Source: Candidatus Velthaea sp. (GTDB taxonomy: Bacteria > Vulcanimicrobiota > Vulcanimicrobiia > Vulcanimicrobiales > Vulcanimicrobiaceae). Taken from it: a DNA stretch of 64,000 nucleotides. Below the pieces are notes generated by a model, which saw only the letters and a program-made list of their open reading frames with translations, ran no database searches and was not told the origin of the DNA. This document shows, piece by piece, positions 58,280 to 64,000 of the stretch (the first letter of the stretch is position 1; the number at the start of each line of letters is the position of its first letter). Where the stretch lies: contig JBEKHC010000007.1 of assembly GCA_050012475.1 (NCBI GenBank), positions 1 to 64,000 of the forward strand, given 5' to 3'. A program made the translations under genes and the position numbers.

Positions 58280-59485
58280 ACCCATGCCGGCCGGACCGTT
58301 GTAGCCGGCGCCGGCGTTGCACAGATACGGCGCGAGCAGGCAGATGCCGTTGGACCCGCTCACGATCGAAAACAAACCGGTGGGATTTGCGTACAACGAG
58401 GCGGCGCCGTTGAGTTGCGCGCCGTTTGCCGCCAGCCCGTAGATCGCGGCGACGATCGGCGTCGAGACGCTCGTGCCGCCGACTTCGATCCAGCCCTTGT
58501 CCTGATACGAGTCGTAGACCGCGACGGGCGTTGCCGGGTCGCCGACCGCCGCGACGTCCGCGAGCGTCCGCTTCGCGCAGCCCGTATCGTGCTGCCAGGC
58601 GGGTTTGGGCGCGACCGAACTGCAGGCGCTGCCCGTGTTCGACCAAGCGGTTTCGCGCCAACCGCGCGTTAACGTGGAATCGGCGGCGAGCGTCGTCGCG
58701 CCCACCGCAATGCTCGTCGATGCCGCGGCCGGCCAATAGGCCGCACCGTATCCCAGATCGCCGGTTGCGGCGACGACCGGCACACCCGGATGCGCCCACA
58801 TCGCATTTGATTCCGAAGCGTCCTCGGGGATGACGAAGCTGTTGCTGACGGACGTCGCGCCGGCAGCGACCGCTGCCGATACGGCTGCGGCGAGATCGGT
58901 GGCCTTGGTGCTTGCCGCTTGGGACAGCAGCAGACTGCAATTGGGGCAAACCGCCGACGCCATCGCCAGATCGGTGGCGGCCTCGCGCGCCCAATCCTTA
59001 TCGCCCGCGTTGCTGCCGGCCGAAATCACGTGAAAACAGCCGGTCGCCGAGGCACAGGCGGGAAGCCCGAACGTCGACCGGTACACCGCGAGATCGCTTT
59101 CGGCGTTCGGATCGGCAGCCGCGATGACGACGCCGATCGTTTGACCTTGGCCGGCGCCCGCGGAGGGCAACGCATACGCCGATTGCAGATCGAGGGGATG
59201 AAGGCCCGGCACCGCCTGCGCCGGCGTGCCTGGTCCCAACGTCGGTCCGCCCGCCAGTTCGATGTTCGTGCACAGCGCGATATTTAAAATTGGTATGGTC
59301 AGCGAGCAATTTGCGGCAAACGCGCGCAGCTCTTGCGCGTGACGCGCGTTCTGCGTCCCGGGGTTGCTGCCGATGGGGAGCGGCGGCTGGGCCGACGGTG
59401 AACCCGCCCCGCATGCCGCAAGACCAACGATCGCGACGCTTGCAATGCAGCGAACCAACGTGCGCGGTTCAAAGAGTTTTTTCAT
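58253..59485 (-). CDS. S53/S8-like serine peptidase lipoprotein
   Basis: Lipobox LAAC-G. P.DLQ.AY.LP, AE.DL..YR..FGLP.C, W..EAATD..M.SA.CPNC, TGD.GY, DVAAV.DP, VGGTS.STP, YNGP.G.G.P.G..AF. Confidence 0.9.
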   Translation of the reverse strand: MKKLFEPRTLVRCIASVAIVGLAACGAGSPSAQPPLPIGSNPGTQNARHAQELRAFAANCSLTIPILNIALCTNIELAGGPTLGPGTPAQAVPGLHPLDLQSAYALPSAGAGQGQTIGVVIAAADPNAESDLAVYRSTFGLPACASATGCFHVISAGSNAGDKDWAREAATDLAMASAVCPNCSLLLSQAASTKATDLAAAVSAAVAAGATSVSNSFVIPEDASESNAMWAHPGVPVVAATGDLGYGAAYWPAAASTSIAVGATTLAADSTLTRGWRETAWSNTGSACSSVAPKPAWQHDTGCAKRTLADVAAVGDPATPVAVYDSYQDKGWIEVGGTSVSTPIVAAIYGLAANGAQLNGAASLYANPTGLFSIVSGSNGICLLAPYLCNAGAGYNGPAGMGSPNGVAAF

Positions 59486-59557
59486 TGACACTCATTCCTC
59501 ATCGCTCCGGCGCGGCAGCCGGTGGATCGCAAGGTGCTCGTCGCGCTGCGGACCGCG

Positions 59558-62500
59558 CTACGCGATCGAATGCACCGTGGGCCGGAAATGCAACACGCCG
59601 ATCATGGCGGCGACGATCTCCGGATCGAATTGGGTCTCGCGATTCCGCTGGAGTTCTTCGAGCGCCGCGTTGGGCGCAAGCGGGGCGCGATACGGACGAC
59701 GAGCGATCATGGCGTTGAACGAGTCGGCGACGGCCACGATCCGGGCTGCCAGCGGGATCGCGCGCAGGCGCAGACCGTCGGGGTAGCCGCTGCCGTCGAG
59801 CCGTTCGTGATGGCCCCGCACGATCGGGATGAATGGACGCAGGAGATCGATGTCGCCGACGACTCGGGCGCCCTCCGCCGCATGATTCTTCATGGTCGAC
59901 CATTCGACTGGGCTCAGCCCGCGCGGCGCATTCAAGATTTCCAGCGGCGTCCGCATTTTGCCGATGTCGTGAACGAGTCCGCACCGGCTGACGAACTCGA
60001 CCTGCGTTTCGCCAAGGCCCAAGGTTCGCGCGATTCGCGTACACCAGGCCGAAACGGCCCGGGAATGCTCGGCCGTGAGCGGCGATGCGATCTCGAGCTG
60101 GTCGATCAGCGTGGCGATCGATGCGTCGACGTCATCGACGAAACGGAGCAACGCCGGTGCCGGGAGCGCCGGCTGCGCGAGCACCGTGCCCACGGTTTGG
60201 CTTGGCCCCGCAAGCCCGCGCCGATACGGCAGCGTCTCGATCAGCCGCGCCATGCCGCCGAACGAGGCCGTCCGCAGCTCGGCCAGCGCGCTGCGCGCGG
60301 CCGCCGTGACGGCTGGTGACTCGAGCGATCCGGCAAGCAGCGCGTCGAGCACGCTGCGCAAGGCGGCGTTGCGCGGCGGCCGTTCGACCGCCGTGCGATC
60401 GGCCCGCTCGATCCAAGTCCGCGTTTGGTTCAGATCGCCGCCGGCCCACGCGGCAAGCGCCAGCGTCAAGAGGGTGAGGTCCGACATCGACGTCGGAACG
60501 TCGACGGCCTCCTGCTCGTGCTGCGCGCTGCGCGCGGCGTGTTGCGCGCGTCGCGCCTCGCCTTGGGCCGCGCGATACACGCTGATCTGCGCCCAGCTCA
60601 ACGCACGTCGCTGCGGAGTCGCATAGCGCTCGGCCGTCGGCTGCAGCAGTTCCGCAGCGGCGGCGAAGTTTCCCGAGTACGCGACCCGCAACGCTCTCGC
60701 CGGCAAAAACGACTCGACGATTTCGACCCCAGCATCGTGTTTGTCGACGGCGGCAAGCTGCGTCTCGAGCGCAGCGAGGGCCGCCTCGTCGCCGGCTTCT
60801 GCCTGCAGCTCGTACATCCCCAGCAGCGAATAGCGTTCGAGCCGCAAGGTCCCGGACTTCACCCCCATCGCGCGCACGCGGCGCAGGTATTGGAGGCTCG
60901 CGATCGCATCGCCGCTGCGATAGGCGATGTTGTATAACACCGAATACGTCGAGGCGGCAACGTCGTACAGCGATTGGGCTACCGCCAGCGGCGCGGCAAT
61001 CGATGCCCGTTCGCGAGCGAGTTCGAGTGCTCCGCATTCCAGCGCGACATACGCAGCGCGAGCGAATACCCGAGCGCGCAAAGCCGGCGGCAGGTCCGCG
61101 TCGAGCATCGTGAAGACTTGCTCGGTGCGCGAACGCGCTTCGTCGAGTTGGTTTGCCGCCGCCAATGCCTGCGCGAAGGACGAGCGGACGTCGATGAGGA
61201 CCGCGCGCGGCAGCGTCGTCGAGTCGGCGAAGGGTTGGAGCACGGCGCACGCGTCGTCGCGCCGGCGCACTGCAAGTTCACGCGCGTAGTACAGCGCGAT
61301 CGTAACCCGCGTGCTCTCGTCGTTCGCGCTTTCCAATCCAAGCCGAAACCAGGCCTCGGCCGCATCGAAGCGGCCCCGCTGAGCGTCCAGATAGCCGCGC
61401 AAAGCGTGCGCCTTCGCGCCCGGCGATGCTTCGGAGCCGTCGCCGGCGTCGAGTGCCTCGCTGATGACGTCGATCTCGCCCGACTCCAGCAGTTGAAAGC
61501 CGTATTCGTCGAGTAACGCGCAGCGTTCGGTGCTCAGCCCCTGGCGGGTTGCAACGTCCAGCGCGTCCCCGACGTGCCCGGCGCGCCGCAGCGACTGCAC
61601 CGCTTGGCGCGCAATCGTCGACCGGAACGCGGGCTCGCAAGCGGCAAAGCGCCCGGCCAAGTATGCGCGGAAGCGATCGTGAAAACGAAGATTGCCCGCG
61701 GAGTCCCGTTCCCACATGAACGGCGCGTCGCAGACCATGGTGGTCCGGATCTCGAAGGCGTCCTGCCAACCGGACAACGCCAGCACATCGTCGTCGATCC
61801 GCGAGCAAAGCGCGGCGTTGAAGAGCAACGCTCGCTGACGTCCGGAACGGCGATCGAAGATCGCCGTCGCAATGCCCTCGAACGTGTCGGGCAGGGGCGC
61901 GCGGGCAAACGCCTGCGGATCGCGGCACAACCGCGTCAAGGCATACATCACCGCGATCGGCAGCCCGCGCGTGGCGGCCAGGATCTGCGCGATCGCGCCA
62001 GGCTCGAGCGGCACGCCGAACTGCGCTGCGGCCGTCGCGACGTCGAGATCATCGAAGCGTAAATCGGCTTCGTCGATTGGACGATCCATCCGGCCGGTGG
62101 CCATCCAGAGCGCAACGGGGAGTTCCCCGCTCGTGCGCAGCGCGATCGTCAGCGCATGTTCGGACCGTACATCCGCCAGCGCGGCGATGAACGCGGCGAT
62201 GCACGGATCGGACGCCGCATCGTGAAGGTCGTCGAGAACGATCGCCCGATCGATGCCGGCGAGATGCTCGCCCAGCCAATGCGCGAGCACCATTCCCGGC
62301 GAGCGCGATTGGAGCGCTCGCTCCCAGGCCCGCGGGAACGATGCCTGCGCGCCGGGTGCGATCGGCGCGATCGTTTCCGCGAGTCCGTGAACGAAGCGTC
62401 CGAACGTGCCGTGTTCTTCGCCGGCGCGGAAATAAATTGTGTCGGGATCGATGCGCAAGCCGCGCAGAAGTTCGCTCTTACCGCAGCCCGCCGGGCCCTG

Positions 62501-62587
62501 CAAAAGAACGATCCCGGCCGACGCCGGCAAGCGGCACTCGAGCCGCGGGCGTTTGACGCGCGCCGCTGCGGTGCATGTCATCGCCAT
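59558..62587 (-). CDS. MalT-like STAND ATPase with TPR-like region and C-terminal HD-GYP phosphodiesterase domain
   Basis: RPRL, Walker A GPAGCGKS, Walker B IVLDDLH, LRF, T.G.P.A, RFHD.FR. C-terminal HS..V, HDIGK, HHERLDGSGYPDGL..IPL.ARIVAVADSF.AM...RPY..QFDP. Start uncertain (62587 or 62614). Confidence 0.9.
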   Translation of the reverse strand: MAMTCTAAARVKRPRLECRLPASAGIVLLQGPAGCGKSELLRGLRIDPDTIYFRAGEEHGTFGRFVHGLAETIAPIAPGAQASFPRAWERALQSRSPGMVLAHWLGEHLAGIDRAIVLDDLHDAASDPCIAAFIAALADVRSEHALTIALRTSGELPVALWMATGRMDRPIDEADLRFDDLDVATAAAQFGVPLEPGAIAQILAATRGLPIAVMYALTRLCRDPQAFARAPLPDTFEGIATAIFDRRSGRQRALLFNAALCSRIDDDVLALSGWQDAFEIRTTMVCDAPFMWERDSAGNLRFHDRFRAYLAGRFAACEPAFRSTIARQAVQSLRRAGHVGDALDVATRQGLSTERCALLDEYGFQLLESGEIDVISEALDAGDGSEASPGAKAHALRGYLDAQRGRFDAAEAWFRLGLESANDESTRVTIALYYARELAVRRRDDACAVLQPFADSTTLPRAVLIDVRSSFAQALAAANQLDEARSRTEQVFTMLDADLPPALRARVFARAAYVALECGALELARERASIAAPLAVAQSLYDVAASTYSVLYNIAYRSGDAIASLQYLRRVRAMGVKSGTLRLERYSLLGMYELQAEAGDEAALAALETQLAAVDKHDAGVEIVESFLPARALRVAYSGNFAAAAELLQPTAERYATPQRRALSWAQISVYRAAQGEARRAQHAARSAQHEQEAVDVPTSMSDLTLLTLALAAWAGGDLNQTRTWIERADRTAVERPPRNAALRSVLDALLAGSLESPAVTAAARSALAELRTASFGGMARLIETLPYRRGLAGPSQTVGTVLAQPALPAPALLRFVDDVDASIATLIDQLEIASPLTAEHSRAVSAWCTRIARTLGLGETQVEFVSRCGLVHDIGKMRTPLEILNAPRGLSPVEWSTMKNHAAEGARVVGDIDLLRPFIPIVRGHHERLDGSGYPDGLRLRAIPLAARIVAVADSFNAMIARRPYRAPLAPNAALEELQRNRETQFDPEIVAAMIGVLHFRPTVHSIA

Positions 62588-62938
62588 GAGCGGCTCGTCC
62601 CCCGTTTCGCGCATCGCGCTGCATCGCGTCTCGCCATGCTGGGTAACGTTCTCAATGCGAGCTCCATTTGCCAGCCGTTTTGGCGCCTGTTCGTGTTTGT
62701 CGCCCGAAAGAGCGGTAGCAGTCTCGATTGCCGTGCGGGAGTCTATCCCTCCGCTTGAGTTGCTTGCGCTTCGCTTGCGTTGCTTCGAACGAAAGGTCTG
62801 ACGCAACCAGAATTCTCGCTGCACGGGTGGCGGATTTTTCCGCGGGCCGAATACGCGGAATGCAAGCGCGCGGTTCGCCATCGGCGATCCCGCGAGGCTT
62901 TCACGGAGAGGCGGCCTCGCGCGGCGAAGGCCGAGGGA

Positions 62939-64000
62939 ATGCCCGCTGTTTCGACCCGTCCGGCAACCGTCGTCATCCTGGATTTCGGCGCCCAATATAG
63001 CCAGTTGATCGCGCGCCGCGCTCGGGAAGCGCGCGTTTACAGCGAGCTGCTTCCTTACGACACGCCCTGGAGCGACATCGAAAAGCGCCGCCCGGCGGCG
63101 ATCATCTTGACCGGCGGGCCCGAATCGACGCTCGCGCCCGGTGCTCCGGGACTGGATCCCGGCGTGCTGGCCAGCGGGCTGCCGATCCTGGGCATTTGCT
63201 ACGGCATGCAACTCTTGGCGCGGGATTTGGGCGGCGAACTCACGCCGCTGCAGCACAGCGAATTCGGCCCCGCGCAGCTGAGCGTCGACCGGCACGACAG
63301 CGCGTTGTTTTTCGGCGTACCGCCCGAGAGCCGGGTCTGGATGTCGCACGGCGATTCGGTCGTCACGCCACCGGCGGGGTTTGCGGCGCTGGCCCACACG
63401 TCGCGCTGCGCGATCGCGGCGATGGGAGATCAGACGCGCAAGATCTTCGCGGTTCAGTTCCATCCCGAAGTGGTCCACACCGACTACGGCGCGACGGTGA
63501 TCGAAAACTTTCTGCATCGCATCGCCGGCATCGCCGGCGATTGGGAGATGGGCGCCTTCGTCGAGCACGCGATCGACGACGTGCGCGCGCAGGTCGGCGA
63601 CGCGAACGTGATCTGCGCGCTGTCGGGCGGCGTCGATTCAGCGGTCGCCGCGACGCTGGTATCGCGCGCGATCGGCAAACAGCTGACCTGCATCTTCGTC
63701 GACACCGGTTTGATGCGCAAAGACGAAGCGCGCAACGTACTGGCGGCTTTTCGCGACGTGCTGCACCTCAACGTCATCGCCGTCGACGCCGAAGACCGCT
63801 TTCTGACGCGGCTGGCCGGGATCGAAGATCCCGAAGAGAAGCGGATTCGCATCGGTCACGAGTTCATCGCGATCTTCGAGGAAGAAGCGAAAAAAATCGC
63901 GGGCGTGAAGTTTCTGGTGCAAGGCACGCTCTATCCCGACGTCATCGAATCGAAAACTCCGGGTTCCAAAGCCGGGCACAAGATCAAATCGCACCACAAC
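62939..64000 (+). CDS. guaA: GMP synthase (glutamine-hydrolysing), 3'-truncated by the window edge; absent from the ORF track
   Basis: My translation from ATG 62939 gives ILDFGAQYSQLIARR, GGP.S, GICYGMQ, WMSHGD, QFHPEV, LSGGVDS, DPE.KR..IG, QGTLYPDVIES, IKSHHN. Confidence 0.97.
   Translation, partial: MPAVSTRPATVVILDFGAQYSQLIARRAREARVYSELLPYDTPWSDIEKRRPAAIILTGGPESTLAPGAPGLDPGVLASGLPILGICYGMQLLARDLGGELTPLQHSEFGPAQLSVDRHDSALFFGVPPESRVWMSHGDSVVTPPAGFAALAHTSRCAIAAMGDQTRKIFAVQFHPEVVHTDYGATVIENFLHRIAGIAGDWEMGAFVEHAIDDVRAQVGDANVICALSGGVDSAVAATLVSRAIGKQLTCIFVDTGLMRKDEARNVLAAFRDVLHLNVIAVDAEDRFLTRLAGIEDPEEKRIRIGHEFIAIFEEEAKKIAGVKFLVQGTLYPDVIESKTPGSKAGHKIKSHHN

Noticed and set aside
62588..63568. N-terminal ~325 aa of the 1336-aa minus-strand ORF
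   Set aside because: It is the antisense shadow of guaA plus intergenic DNA. STAND motifs begin only near 62587.

Overview
GC-rich bacterial chromosome segment. The gene repertoire resembles Candidatus Eremiobacterota/Vulcanimicrobiota, but that is my inference and is unverified. Bases 1-18,500 are an accessory, partly decayed region downstream of a tRNA-Gln/tRNA-Glu pair. It holds an S53 protease with Ig-like repeats, a Pro/Thr-stalk lipoprotein with a lower-GC tip, a CHASE-GGDEF-EAL protein, dacB, a beta-propeller lipoprotein, DUF29, a channel protein and several pseudogenes. Bases 19,400-64,000 are mostly core genes: sugar nucleotidyl/glycosyltransferases, pcrA, dapB-asd-dapG-dapA, comF-ribD-ribE, GNAT-acs, ribBA-ribH-mtnA-holA-purB-purC-purL-purQ-purS-purP-x-purP, dodecin, malic enzyme, a second S53 protease, a STAND/HD-GYP protein and partial guaA. 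Five observations stand out. (1) An HNH endonuclease with two tandem helical repeats sits between a promoter-like element and tRNA-Gln, and its last six codons and stop codon are the first 21 nt of the tRNA. (2) RibBA carries an N-terminal XRE-type HTH, with an apparently leaderless promoter overlapped by a palindrome and a second, internal RBS. (3) The purine operon is a mosaic, with two archaeal-type PurP paralogs, a PAICS-like PurC fused to a degenerate PurE and a tandem PurS. (4) A MalT-like STAND ATPase has an HD-GYP output domain. (5) holA and ribD appear to lack canonical start codons. All calls come from reading the sequence by eye; no searches were run.
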